Under the pieces are notes generated by a model. That model saw only the letters and a program-made list of their open reading frames with translations. It did not search any database and was not told where the DNA came from. The position numbers and the translations under genes are program-made. Shown here piece by piece: positions 1 through 13,189 of a stretch of 64,000 nt of DNA. Source of the DNA: Octopus vulgaris (taxonomy: Eukaryota); contig OX597816.1 of NCBI GenBank assembly GCA_951406725.2, forward strand, positions 151,218,001 through 151,282,000, in the 5' to 3' direction. Positions within the stretch are counted from its first letter, which is position 1. Each line of letters opens with the position of its first letter.

Positions 1-478
1 TACCAGTCAAACATTGGAACTAGTGTGATTGAATATGTTTGCAGCCTTGATTCTGTTTTAGAAATAATTATAACTATTATTATTCACTTTTACATAGTTT
101 CATGGACTGACTGAAAATTATTAAACACCAGTCGTGCATGCTATATTGTAATCCCTGGGCATATAAAATTAAAATGAATTACTTGATCTTTGTGTGCTAA
201 CAGTTTTTCTCTGTGTATTCTTGTGCTAGGTTATATAGAAATGGTTATAATACCACACCTTCGTTAGCTAGGGAGCAAAAATAGTTTGTTTTTTTTTTCC
301 TGTAAGGATAATCAGGAAGCAACCACTTCTCGAACGCCCCAATTATGTACCTGGCAGTAGGTGTAAAACAGAGTTAAATAAAGCAGATTCAACTCGGAAA
401 TTAAAATCAAGTCATGAAGTTTGTTTGCCAAAAACTTACCACAGGACTAAATGTGCATGTACATGCACAACTCATGCA

Positions 479-487
<9 letters not shown>

Positions 488-536
<49 letters not shown>
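488..536. repeat. (TA)n microsatellite
   Basis: Perfect TA dinucleotide run. Confidence 0.95.
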
Positions 537-538
<2 letters not shown>

Positions 539-1270
539 TTTTAATTTGTTTCAGTTATTTGACTGTACCCATGCTAGAGCACCACTGTATCAACCAAACT
601 GTCAGATGTTGTTATACACTGCTGAACACAATGTGCTCCCTTACATTGTAACTTTGAATGATGCCATCGTGCTTGCTAGGTGGGCAGATCAACATTTCAC
701 CAGAACAGAATGCCAATCACAGGGTTACCTAATTGCAGTTGAATAGACTAGGCAACATGAAATCAAGTATTTTGCTCAAGACCACATTGCACTGCTGGTG
801 TGGGAAAGATTGTGAATTCAACACCTTAACCACTAGGCCAAGCACCTTTACTATGTTTGTGCGTTTGCATGCACAAGCATACCCATCTGGATAGAGGCAT
901 GGTGAAGTGATTAGAAGTTTACTCTGTATTCATAGCAACCCAATTTGGCAACATTGGCAAGTGCATTTTCCATAAGCTTTGGTCAGCATAAGCCTTGTGA
1001 GTGAAACTGGGTTCACAGAAACTTTGTGGAAGCCCACTGGATGGATTGCATTTGTAATTCCAAAAGTCCAGACTTGCCACATTTTGTTTCCTACTGATTC
1101 TGCCTGAGAATTACACATCCATAGAATATTCAGTCACTTTATCTTGATTAAACCATTTATTTACACTTATGTAAAAAACAATGTATTCTGTTTGTGAATT
1201 AAAATTGGTTGCTCTGCTGTTGCATATTTATTGCATTCTTTCATTTAATTTATTCTTTCCTTTATTTCAG

Positions 1271-1431
1271 TGGTTGGTAATAAAGTGGATCTTTCTACTC
1301 GAACAGTAGACACAAAGCAGGCAAAGCAAATGGCTGAAAGTTATGGAATCCCTTATGTTGAGACCTCAGCCAAGACACGACAAGGTGTTGATGAAGCATT
1401 TTATACACTAGTTAGAGAAATAAGAAAATAT
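1271..1431 (+). CDS. Ras: Ras GTPase (KRAS/NRAS/HRAS family), penultimate coding exon
   Basis: Acceptor tttcag| at 1270 and donor TAT|gtaagt at 1432. Translation [53 protein letters not shown] contains G4 (NKxD) and G5 (ETSAK) and closely matches KRAS residues ~113-166. Earlier exons lie before the window. Confidence 0.95.
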
Positions 1432-2197
1432 GTAAGTACTATTGTGGCTGATTTATTACTGTTTAGAACTACTGGGGTTGATGATGAACTAACCCCTTCC
1501 CTTTAAAATTTCAGTCTTTGTGTTTATGTTACAAACTGTTATTAAAGCAGTGGTTAAGATCAGAGGTAGTAATGGTTTATACAGGAGATAAATGCTTGGT
1601 GATTGTCATAGTCCTTAATCTTGACTTATGTTTCATCATCAAAAACTTTTGCTCACAAGTGTTAGTTAAACCAAAGAAAACAAGGTATTTTTAAACAAAA
1701 TCCTTTAGGTTTGGAATTTTTTCTTCACTGAAAGCAACATGAAATTTCATGATCAGAATTAACTTTAAAAAACAAATCAGAATGCTGCATATCACTTTGA
1801 AGATAATTTGTTCAGTTTGAGGCTTGGCTGTAGTTTCATCAGCAACAAACGTGGAGTTGATACCAAACTTAGTTCACTTTGTAACATTTTGGGACAATTC
1901 AGCATGATGATCCATTAACTTGAAATTGTAATTGCTTAACTTTTTCACTATAAAGTTTTAAAATGAATAAATTGCCCCTTTTCCCTTTCTCAGGAAAATG
2001 TAGTTAGTTCATAAATGCCTTTATGCTTTTAAACATGTCATATGTTAAGGTGTTTTTCCCTTGCAAGTTTGTGATCAAATTCATTGAAATGTGTGAGTAA
2101 TTTGACGGCAAATACAAAATCTGATATCCAGTTTTTATTATACAGTTTTAGAAAGTTTAAAAAAAAAAGTTTTATATCAATTTTCAAATTCCTTATT

Positions 2198-4316
2198 TAC
2201 AGAGGTATCAAGCTGTTGGATCAGGTGATGAAGGTTACAGAGAGGGTCATAGCCCAACTAATTAGAGAGAGAGTTAGTTTAGATGAGATGCAGTTTAGGT
2301 TTGTGCCAGGGAAAAGTACTACTGATGCTATATTCCTGGTAAGGCAGCTGCAGGAGAAATACCTAGCCAAAGATAAGCCCCTGTACCTGGCTTTTGTTGA
2401 CATGGAGAAAGCCTTCGACAGGGTCCCCCGATCCCTTATCTGGTGGGCAATGAGGAAACTAGGGATAGATGAATGGTTAGTGAGAGCTGTGCGGGCCATG
2501 TATAGAGACGCTGCTAGTAGGGTGAGGGTTGGAAACGAGTACAGTGAAGAATTCCGTGTAGAGGTAGGGGTCCACCAAGGCTCAGTACTCAGCCCCCTCC
2601 TATTTATCATAGTCCTCCAGGCAATAACGGAGGAATTCAAGACAGGATGCCCTTGGGAGCTCCTCTATGCTGATGACCTTGCTCTAATTGCTGAGTCGCT
2701 ATCAGAACTGGAGGAGAAGTTTCAGGTGTGGAAACAAGGATTAGAATCGAAGGGCCTCAGAGTCAATCTAGCTAAAACCAAAGTCGTAATCAGTAGGAAG
2801 GTAGACAAATCACAAACGCCTTCAGGTAGATGGCCCTGCTCGATCTGTAGAAAAGATGTAGGTAGAAACTCTATAAGATGCACCAAGTGTAAGCTATGGA
2901 CACATAAGAGGTGCAGCAATGTCAAAGGAAGGCTAACTAGGAAGATGGTTTTTGTATGTGGCAGATGCTCAGGAACAATAAATACTGAAAATGCTCTGAG
3001 ACCAACTTCCGTCACTTTCCAGGGAGAAAAACTAGAAATAGTTGATAGTTTCCGTTACCTAGGTGACCAAGTCAGTAGCGGGGGCAGGTGTGCTGAAAGT
3101 GTAACTGCTAGAGTAAGAATAGCTTGGGCAAAGTTCAGAGAGCTCTTACCTCTGCTGGTGACAAAAGGCCTCTCGCACAGAGTGAAAGGCAGACTGTATG
3201 ATGCGTGTGTACGAACAGCCATGCTACATGGCAGTGAAACATGGGCCGTGACTGCTGAGGATATGCGTAAGCTCGCAAGAAATGAAGCCAGTATGCTCCG
3301 ATGGATGTGTAATGTCAGTGTTCATAATCGACAGAGTGTAAGTACCTTGAGAGAAAAGCTGAACCTAAGAAGCATCAGTTGTGGTGTGCAAGAGAGACGA
3401 TTGCGCTGGTATGGTCATGTGGCGAGAATGGATGAAGATAGTTGTGTGAAAAAGTGCCACACCCTAGCGGTTGAGGGAACCTGTGGAAGAGGCAGACCCA
3501 GGAAAACCTGGGACGAGGTGGTGAAGCACAACCTTCGAACTTTAGGTCTCACTGAGGAAATGACTAGAGACCGAGTCCTCTGGAAGTGTGCTGTGCGCGA
3601 GAAGACCCGGCAGGACAAGTGAGTCCATAACCCGTGGCCTTCTACTTGGGATGGAGCCAGCCTACGTATGCATACCTTCCCTTCTTGGGACACAAAACTC
3701 TACTTGTGAAGACCTGTTGAGGCAAGTGAGGATCAGAATCGAAATCGATCAATGGAAATTGCAGATGTGTTACCAGTGCCGGTGGCATGTCGAAACTCTA
3801 CTTGTGAAGACCCGTTGAGGCAAGTGAGGATCAGAATGGAAATCGATCAATGGAAATTGCAGATGTGTTACCAGTGCCGGTGGCATGTCGAAACTCTACT
3901 TGTGAAGACCCGTTGAGGCAAGTGAGGATCAGAATGGAAATCGATCAATGGAAATTGCAGATGTGTTACCAGTGCCGGTGGCATGTAAGAGAACCTTCCG
4001 TTTCGCGACCGTTGCCAGCACCGCCCCGTTTCGTGTCCGTTGCCAGCCTCGCCTGGCCCTTGTGCCGGTGGCACATAAAAAGCACCATCCGTTCGTGGCC
4101 GTTTGCCAGCTCTGTCTGGCACCTGTGCGGGTGGCACGTAAAAAGCACCCACTACACTCACGGAGTGGTTGGCGTTAGGAAGGGCATCCAGCCGTAGAAA
4201 CACTGCCAGATTTGACTGGGCCTGATGAAGCCTTCTGGCTTCACAGACCCCAGTAGAACCGTCCAACCCATGCTAGCATGGAAAACGGACGCTAAACGAC
4301 GATGATGATGATGATG
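2198..4316 (+). mobile_element. 5'-truncated RTE-clade non-LTR retrotransposon (RT ORF open to stop at 3622, 3' UTR, (GAT)n tail) in Ras intron
   Basis: YRGIKLL, FVDMEKAFDRV, GVHQGSVLSPLLF, YADD, FRYLG, RLRWYGHV and RGRPRKTW motifs; no stops over ~1.4 kb; ends in gatgatgatgatgatga. Confidence 0.95.
3695..3987 (+). repeat. Tandem repeat, 3 x 98 bp, in the LINE 3' UTR
   Basis: aaactctacttgtgaagacc...ggtggcatgt recurs at 3695, 3793 and 3891. Confidence 0.9.
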
Positions 4317-5243
4317 AATTGCAATCTTGATCTAAATGTAACCAGCATACACTTGTGTTGTAGGAGACATCATTGTTCTACTTGCTGTTCTTACAAAATA
4401 TTCACAAACTACTTGTGATTTAAGCCATGCTCTCTAATGTAATTTACAATACCTGTTACTGTGTCTCCTCCATGATTAAGCTTCAAAGTTTTTCTGCATT
4501 GGGGCTCTTGATGTATGAAGTAGTGCAAAAAGACGATCCCTTCAGTATTAATTTCATTAACCTGATTTTGGATTCCTTTTGGTTGCTTTCTATTTGTTCC
4601 AGTAAGACTTGAGAATTCATCTGTTGTTACATTTATTAGTTTTTCCCATTTTAAGCCTCATTTGTTTACACACCGTTCAACTTCTCCAAGCAAGTCTTTT
4701 GCCATTGTTGTACTTCATTAAATAGATGCTCACTCTTAGAAGTAAAGACACATCATCACTTACAATCTTTCATTTAATTTTAAAATAATTATAAAAGCTA
4801 CAATCATAATGTGCAATTCATTTAAATAATTAGTATACAAATCCCAAACAGCACATTGTAAAATTAGAAATGCTAAACCTGACAAGTCTGTGGATGAGAG
4901 TACACTTGGTTGGTTTCAGTGTTCCAAAGTGCAAAATGCTTTGATTTAACACAATCACTTATTTAATCTTCTCTACAGACTATATATCAATTGGAAAGAA
5001 ACAAAGAAAAGGTTGTATGTGTGTGAAGATGTTGGAAGGGTATATCTATAAATATTAAAAATTCTTGGGTTCACCTTTGATTTGAAAGCTCCCTCACAGC
5101 AGTACCATCGCACATTAAATTGTATTAGGATCATTGATGCCTTTCATTTCCATTTAAACAATTACCAGAAATTTGTAGATTTGTTTCGATTTAAGAAATT
5201 GGTGTAATTTATTTAACTAATTCTGTCTTCTTTAATCTTTCAG

Positions 5244-5303
5244 AAAGAGAAGAAAGGCAAGAACAAAAAGAAGCGACGCCGATTTCCCTGTGTCCTTTTG
5301 TGA
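5244..5303 (+). CDS. Ras: Ras terminal exon: polybasic hypervariable region + CAAX (KEKKGKNKKKRRRFPCVLL*)
   Basis: Acceptor tctttcag| is phase 0, matching the phase-0 donor at 1431; polybasic stretch and CAAX box precede TGA. Confidence 0.93.
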   Translation, partial: KEKKGKNKKKRRRFPCVLL

Positions 5304-5866
5304 GGTTTTTTTTTTCCCAGACATTTCAGTCAGTGACAGTTGACTTGGCAAACTTTACTGTTTCCTCTTTATCTTGATGGAGAAATTTACTTAAATTTTG
5401 GGGTCTTTCTTATTTTTGTACTCTATGGATCAATGTCCCATTGCAATTTTGAAGAATGTAGTTAACACCCATGTCATGTCTTCTACAAATTGTTTTGAAT
5501 TAGGTTAGCAATTAAGCTCCTTCAATTCTGTCATTTCATTAAACCCGTGATTATCTTTTCTTTTTTTTTTTTTTTTAATTACCAAGTGCTGTCCTAATTT
5601 TCATTGGGTTTAAATAATTTTTTTGTTGATTCAATTCTTATTAATTTGTTTTTCCTGTAAAGGTACACAAATGCTCTTTTGTTTTTATAGGGTTTAAATT
5701 TTGTCCTTATTTGTGTGTGTGTGTGTGTGTGTGTGTGCATGTATATAATTATATATATATACATGTATGTATGTCTATATATATGTATGTACATGTAAGC
5801 ATATGTGTAAGAATATATATATGTATGTATGCATATATGTGTAAGAATAAATATATAATATATATA

Positions 5867-5912
<46 letters not shown>

Positions 5913-7760
5913 GACTGTGGGAAGGAATGAAGTCAAGCTATATTGTTTTTATCATCAGATTCTTATTTTTCTCCTTTTTCAATAAATAGAGCAGTAAACA
6001 AGAATGCATATAACAGACATTATATATAACATGCATTTGTTTGGTTTCAGTCTAACATCACACACACACACACACACATGCACATTTACTATTGCTCTCT
6101 CAGTTTGTAGTTTCTTCTACTCCTGTCTTTATTTCTAATTTATTCCTTGCTGGCCAACTTGTGTTGAATCTTCTGTCTCTTATGTGACTATGTTGTACTC
6201 TTTCTTTCTTTCTTTTTTTTTTCATCAGTAAGTTGTATTTCTGTGTAAAAACAGTTATGTACGTGCACATGTCTCCCTTATAAATTCGTATGTTCCTGGC
6301 CAAATTGTGCAAAATAGAAAAAAAAACAAAAAAACTTCTGTATTTTTCTTTCCTAAGATGTTCTCACATATATTTGCATGTTCAGCTTTTTTATAGCTTT
6401 CATTTAATAAATTATTTTCCTAAGCAACCCCTTCCCCTTTTTTCATCTTTGCTATAAAAAAATTCTGAATAAATAAAAAAAAAAAATATTTGAAAAGAAG
6501 GATTTATAAACCTCTTAAATAACCTACTTTAAAGAGGAGACATTTTTCTCTTTGATATTTTCTGCTGCATTTGTTCAACTTGAACAAATTATTTTATGTG
6601 AAGAATTTCTGTTCTCTCTATCACTATCTACTGTACCTTTTAATGTTTTTTAGGGTGTTATTAGGCAGCTAAACAGCTGTGGTTTGATCCACAGGCAGCA
6701 TCATTTGTCACTGGCCTCCCCATTCCACATCCCCAAATTGTTGGAGTTGTACAACTATATTGATGCCATAAAACTCGCTCATTTGAGTGAATGACTTGAG
6801 CTTTAGATACCTCAAACTAAGGCTGGCACAAACCTACCATGAGACTTCCTAGGAAGAAATAGGATTGTCCTCATTTGATGAATGGAATTTCAAATTGAAA
6901 TATAAAATATACTTCAAAAAAACAAAAGTCATTAGGTAATTGTGAAACTATTGTAGCAGCTGTGCCACATGAATACACGCACATATAATTGATACTCAGG
7001 TGGTATGCAAAAACTTAACAATTTCTGAAGGCCGTGTACTCCAGACAGCTTTAGAGGGCTCTGAGATGAATGTTTCTTTTATTTCAATCTTTGTCTGTAG
7101 AATTGTAATCAAAGCTGAAGTGGGTGGTTGAAATGTTTGCTGCTTAGAGAGTGGAGATCTGCAAATCACGGTTAAACAAATGGAAAGCAGGACAATTAGG
7201 AAACTTTTGAAACTAACAAAATTATATTTAATGGCTTGAAAATTTTTTTTCATTTTATGATAAATTTAGATATCTTTTATTCCTTTTCAACTAAATATTA
7301 TATTGTTATGCTTTCTTCCTTTTCGTAAATTCTATAAATTCTAATCCCTCTCACCTGCCACTCTCTTTATTTTTTCTTTTTCTCTTTTTTTTTTTTTATT
7401 TTGTTTTTGGCTCTTTCCAGTTTCTGTTGGTCAAAAATTCCCACCTTTACCAGAGCCCTTTTTATGTTTGGAGTTTATTTTTAACCAATACTTTATTTTT
7501 AGATCGTGTTTTATATTAATGTGTGAGGGTGTTTTAGTGTACGCCTATATACACTTTCATTTGTATTTGAACACAATGTCCTGTAAACTTTGTCTTAGCC
7601 TACTTCCTTCAGTTTCTGCTGCTACTGCTTGCTTCCCAAATTTTGCTGCTGACAGAAGAATGAAGAAAGTTGTTGCTGATCTGTGGCAATTTCTAAAATA
7701 ACCCCCCTCTAATGTACGTCCCATAAACTGTAATAAAGTATCTTGAAAAAAAAAGAAACA
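5304..7760 (+). other. Probable long Ras 3' UTR with AATAAA signals (~6468 and 7732)
   Basis: U-rich, mostly TE-free stretch after the stop codon; AATAAA at 7732-7737; the end point is inferred. Confidence 0.5.
5712..5908. repeat. Compound (TG)n/(TA)n microsatellite
   Basis: Direct inspection. Confidence 0.9.
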
Positions 7761-10329
7761 AAAATTTTTGTCACTTGTTATATATTCCATTTTCAAAATA
7801 TTTTATGCTAACATGAGATTTATTTTCATAGAATAATTTTATTGATAAAATTGCTGTAAGATTTAGATTGCCAAGATTTCCTGAGCACTCAGTCTGCATT
7901 AGAACCTCCTTTGGTAACTATAATGACTAAAAAGAAAGACATTTTTGAAGATTTACAATTGGATGTCTGAAAATTAGTAGCTGATCCAGTTGATGGTCCA
8001 TTTCAAAAAACACTAGTTCTGCACTGCATCTCAAAGCTGCTCAACAATCCCTATGCTATTTAATTTAATTAGTCACCACACAGATTATGCACTGCCATAA
8101 GAAGCACAACCACTGTATAATTGTGTTCACAAAGTGTGAAGTTTCCAATCTTTCTCTGAGTAAAACAACATCACTACTTTTTGCAAGGTAGTCAAAAGAA
8201 AAATAGTTGCAATGATTTTTTTTTTTAAGTCCTCTCAGACTGATATAAAAAATGCAGTTACTGCTCAGAATTTTATAAAAAGAAAAAATCTGAGTGGGGG
8301 ATTAAGTGTAGTAGTATAGTAGGAATGAAAAGTTAAAGATGGTGGCCCTGAGTTGAGAATGGTATACAGATTGCTAGTTATGAAAAATGGTCCATTGTAG
8401 TAGAAACAAAACAGCATTTTTTAGTGAGTTTTTGTTAATCAGCCAAATTGGTTTTTTTAATATGGTCTTGGGTATTTTTGTATGTGTGTATTGCAGCATC
8501 CTCATATTGGATTTTTGAACAGTACTCTAGTGTGTTGCTTTGAGCCTTTTAAAAGATGAGTTCTCTGGAAAGTTTGTGACAGCATTAATGTAAAACATTC
8601 CTATGGAACATATTTCTGCTCATTAAAAGAAATAAATTGTTATGGAAAGGTAAAATAGTGGGTTTAACACTTTAGAAGCAAAGCCTACCAATGATTCTGC
8701 CCAAAAGAATTTCGAACTATTTTTGCAAAATACAAAAAGAATGGGTTACTTAATATTCTGAAAGGTTGGCAGGTAGCACACTAAAAAACATTTTACATAA
8801 TGCCTGGCATGTTTAGTCCCTTCAAATTCTGAACTCAATTCTTGTCAAGTGTCAACTTTGCCAGTCATCTGTCTGTGGTTTAATTACAATTTCAATATTA
8901 GTGTTGATTTAAATCAGCCATCCCTACCCCCACAAAGATAAATAAGAATGAAAACATTGTCTTGTGTTGGAAATTTATATTTTTTCTTTATTTACAGAAT
9001 TTTAACTCTACAGGCATTATAAAGTATGTTCCTTAAGAGATTGTCTCTTCATTTTCACACGAAAAACATGCTGATATATTAGCTCAGTTGTTTTATAAAT
9101 GTTAAGACCAATAAGGATAAGAGATGGCTTAAACATTGGAGAGCAGAGATGAATGAGGCTTTATAGTGTTTGGTTTGACACTTTGTTGGTTAAGTTTAAC
9201 TCATCATCATCAATGTCCATTTTCCATGTTGGTAGAAGCTGGACAAGCTGGCAAGATCAGGGGCCACACTACGTTCCATAGTCTGTTTTGGCTTGGTTTC
9301 TACAGCCGGATGTCCTTACTTTATAGAGTGTACTGGGTGCTTTTTATGTGGTGCCAGTGCCAACACTAATGTTAAAGTTCACAAAATAAATCCCATTTCC
9401 TTGGATTAAACCCAAAAAAGGAAAAGGTTGTTGCTGGACCAGAATTAGACATAAGTTACACCAAAATTTCTAGAACTTTTCTTTTATTACTTGTAATATA
9501 ATTTAAGTAATGATTTGACACTATTAGGAAAGGTGGCCATTATTTTCACAAAGATTTAGGATTCATTTGTTAGTTCATTTTATGTCCATGCTAGCATGTG
9601 TTGAACAACTACATACTACTGAGGTGTTCTACAGCCAGATACCCTTCCTCTTGCTAACCTCACTTTTTTTTTTCCTCCAAGTAAGGCATAAATTTGCTCT
9701 ACTTATCTTTGAAGGTACAGGGCTAGAGAACAATTTGTGTGTGTATAATATATACACGCACACATCATAACAAATATAAATATGAAAAATGGAACACTGT
9801 CCTTTGCAATCTTTCAAACAAGAAAAAAATTTGATAAGGAACAATTTGCTAAGAGAATGAAAGTTTGACAGCATTTTGTATACAAGTCTAGCACAATCTA
9901 TCACTGAGGCATATGAGAGGAGCCATGGAGGCTTTCCTTATGCTATCTAAGCCCTGGTGGATATTTTAAGTGAAATCTTCACTGAGAGGGGAGCATATGG
10001 CAGTTTATGTCATCTTTAAAACCGAGGTTGGAGCTAAACTACAAGCCTAAACTATATGATACATCTGTGCATAAGCTGGTTTTGACATTAATTGGAAAGA
10101 AAGAACTCCAAGGTTACCATCAGGTGACAATGTTGACCAGCTCTTGTTACCCAGCTTGTGGTGACTTTCTTGCTACAGTACAGGGAGGTGCAGGTACAAC
10201 TTAAATGTGTTTGGGTGAGATCATCATAGACATGACTGAGCAAAACTACCAGAACTAGATCCTATAGAAGGTGCTGAAAGGAAGACCTTAAAATTCAACA
10301 TCCAATGTTGTCTAACACAGCTACTACTG

Positions 10330-10797
10330 ATCATCATCATCATCATCATTTAGTGTCCACTTTCTATGCTGGCATGGGTTAGATGGTTTGACTGGAACTG
10401 GAAAGCTGAAGTGCTGTACCTGGTGCTAGTCTGATTTTTGGCTATGTTTCTACAGCTGGATGCCCTTCCTAATGCCAATGACTCCAAGAGTGTAGTGGGT
10501 GCCTTTAACATGTGACTGACACAGGTGCTTTTATGTTCACCAACGGGTGCTTTTGCACATCACTGACACTGGCCACAACTACAATTTCACTTGACAAGTC
10601 TTCTCAAGCACAGCAAATCACCAAAGGTCTCGGTCACTTGTCATTGCCTCCATGAGACCCAACATTTGAAGATGGTGTTCCACCTTGTCCCATGTCTTCT
10701 TGGGTCTACCTCTTCCACAGGTTCCTTCCACAGTTAGAGATCAGCATTTCTTTATGCAGCTGTCCTTGTTCATGTGCATCACATGACCATACCAGTT
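10330..10797 (-). mobile_element. Degenerate RTE LINE 3' fragment
   Basis: Reverse complement gives WYGHV...EGTCGRGRPKKTWD and the same 3' tail as the 2198-4316 element; (CAT)n at the left end. Confidence 0.8.
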
Positions 10798-12667
10798 TGG
10801 TCATCAAACAAAATCTGCATAGAAAACCTGAAAGAACAAAAGTAACAAAAATAAATCATAGAGGTTGCTGGTTTTAAAGTGAAACTAGGTACCACTTGTG
10901 AATTGACAAATAAAATTACCTCATCCTCATTGTCAGGAGCAAATCATGAGACCCAAGAACCACCTTCCTCAGTTACAACCAGTAAAGACTAGGATGTCAG
11001 CCATAACTAAACTAAATGACCAGAGATTACTATTTCAACAGTACCAAGCAAAATTCTTCAAAAAAGTTTTTGAAATTAAGAGGCTATAAAAAAAGGATGA
11101 AGTAAGTATACAACTGTGAAGAGGAGACATTTTACAATGAGGAAGAACTAACTCATGACCTATGAACAAGAATCAATATCCTGTCAGGAGAAGCCAGTCT
11201 TTCCTAGAGTGAAATGAAATTGACAGTTCTTTGCAAGACAAACAGATCTCTAATAACACCTGCAATATACTCAAGGAATGCCTAGATGAAGTATAGCTCA
11301 AGAAAAAGAATTACATCTTAATTAAACTTCTTATTCAGTCTCTGATGATCTTTCTTAGTGACCTTGTAACATAAATAAAGCTGCTCTGAATGCTTAGCCT
11401 TTCTCTTCAGCATTGATCAATTGCTGACTCTTTACAAAGCTCAAATAAAACCTACAATAGATTACAACATGTACAATGTTGCTATTACACATATAAAAGT
11501 TCAAGATATAACAAAAAGATTATCTAACTGATTGGGCAACACACCACAACTTCTTACCCTCAGATGTTCTGTCTCTGGTCTACCTGTTGTATTAATACAA
11601 TGGCCTCTGAAACTCTCTCCTACCAAGGTTTCGGTTACAACCCATTTTCCTGACTAAGCCATAAAAAATCTATGCACCAGACTACTACTACTACCACCAC
11701 TCAACTAAGGAAAGAAAATTATTGTGGTTCAGTGCCAAATTAACTCGGAAATTGTTAAGTGGTTTGCAGTACAAAGATTGAATTCTTTCACATGAGAATA
11801 TAATTGTCTATTATATTACAGCTTCTTCAAGAGTCACTACTGTATTGACATTTATTTGAGAAAACCACATTTAAATTTGCCCCATTATAATGTTAGCCAT
11901 TCATACCACATTGTTTCAGTACCAACAGTTCACCACTGACAGTAAATGGTAGATAGAGTGAAAGAAAATAAATAAAACACTAATAAATAAGAGTGACCAA
12001 AGAAACACAGATACAACTTTGCTGTAGAAAATTATAGAGCAGTGCACAGAGTATGAAATTAAACTCTAAAATTTATTTTAGATCGAGGCTAAATATACAT
12101 ATTTTTATATAGAATTAACAATTTTGTAGATACGTATACTCAAAATGTTATCCAGTCAAAAGTTTCTCATAATATATCATGATTATGTAATACTGGGCAT
12201 TATAAGCACTTATTTGAGACTGCAAAATGATATAGATCCTCTGGCTAAATTCAAATAACAGTTAACAGTATAATGGTTGAGTTGGACTAAACACAAGATT
12301 TTTTATTTAAAAGGTAAAGTGAAGTAGTCAATAACTGTTGTTCCAGTTGATAACTCATGTGCAAAATGCATACAATGGTGAGAATCTCTTAAATAACTGA
12401 ATTTGCAAGCAAGTTCAATTCCTAGCTCAGCATTTTCATTTCATTTCCATGCACATGTAATTTCCATTTGTTAGCACCATGTGGGTGAATGTGCTTTAGT
12501 TATTTGTTCCTGACATTCTTCATGAAGATGAACTCTTTGTCAGTAGGTACAAGATGATTTTTCATTACAACTTATCTTATTGCTCCCAAAGAGTCTGAGA
12601 TTTAAATTGGTTTACCTTGAGATATTAAATATTAACTTCAATAAGCAATATGCTCACTGAAAGTGTC

Positions 12668-12898
12668 AGGAATCGTGCCGGTGGCACATAAAAAGCACCA
12701 TCCGATCGCGGCATTTGCCAGCCTTGTCTGGCACATAAGAAGCACTCACGGAGTGGTTGGCGTTAGGAAGGGCATCCAGCTGTAGAAACATTGCCAGATC
12801 AGGCTGGGCCTGGTGCAGCCTTCTGGCTTCCCAGACTACAGTTGAACCATCCAACCCATGCTAGCATGGAAAGCGGACGCTAAACGATGATGATGATG
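12668..12898 (+). mobile_element. Short RTE-tail element (SINE-like or highly truncated LINE)
   Basis: Nearly identical to 4060-4316; (GAT)n tail. Confidence 0.8.
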
Positions 12899-13189
12899 AG
12901 TTCTTCAAAATAGTCCTTAAGACTATTTAGTCATTATATCTTCTGTTTTCTGAGAAAAGGCCATTAGTAGTTGCATTAACCGATTAAAATTCCTGAGAAT
13001 AATTGTCAATGGCCATTTTATACCATATCTTGAACAAAGCATGTTAATGATTATTCTTTTCTCCCCAGTGGAACAATGTTTTTTACTACATAGAGTGATT
13101 AGCTTTTCTATGGCATGTTTTTATAGCAATGAGAGCTGGACTGTTGAGACTTAAATGGCTTTATGAAGGACAGCTTCATCAACATCAGT

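Noticed and set aside
414-746. ORFs with YIYIYI runs (also 28067-28558 and 42202-42539)
   Set aside because: Translations of microsatellites and SINEs
2084-2197. N-terminal 38 aa of the 512-aa ORF
   Set aside because: Chance open frame in AT-rich intron; RT homology begins at YRGIKLL, so this is a truncated LINE and not a host gene
3695-3987. Regular repeats resembling a CRISPR array
   Set aside because: Contiguous 98-bp units with no unique spacers, in eukaryotic LINE context
4979-5057. Possible KRAS4A-like alternative terminal exon after ctctacag
   Set aside because: Phase 0 gives TIYQLERNKEKVVCV*, with no CAAX; the Cys-containing basic frame is out of phase and also lacks a terminal CAAX
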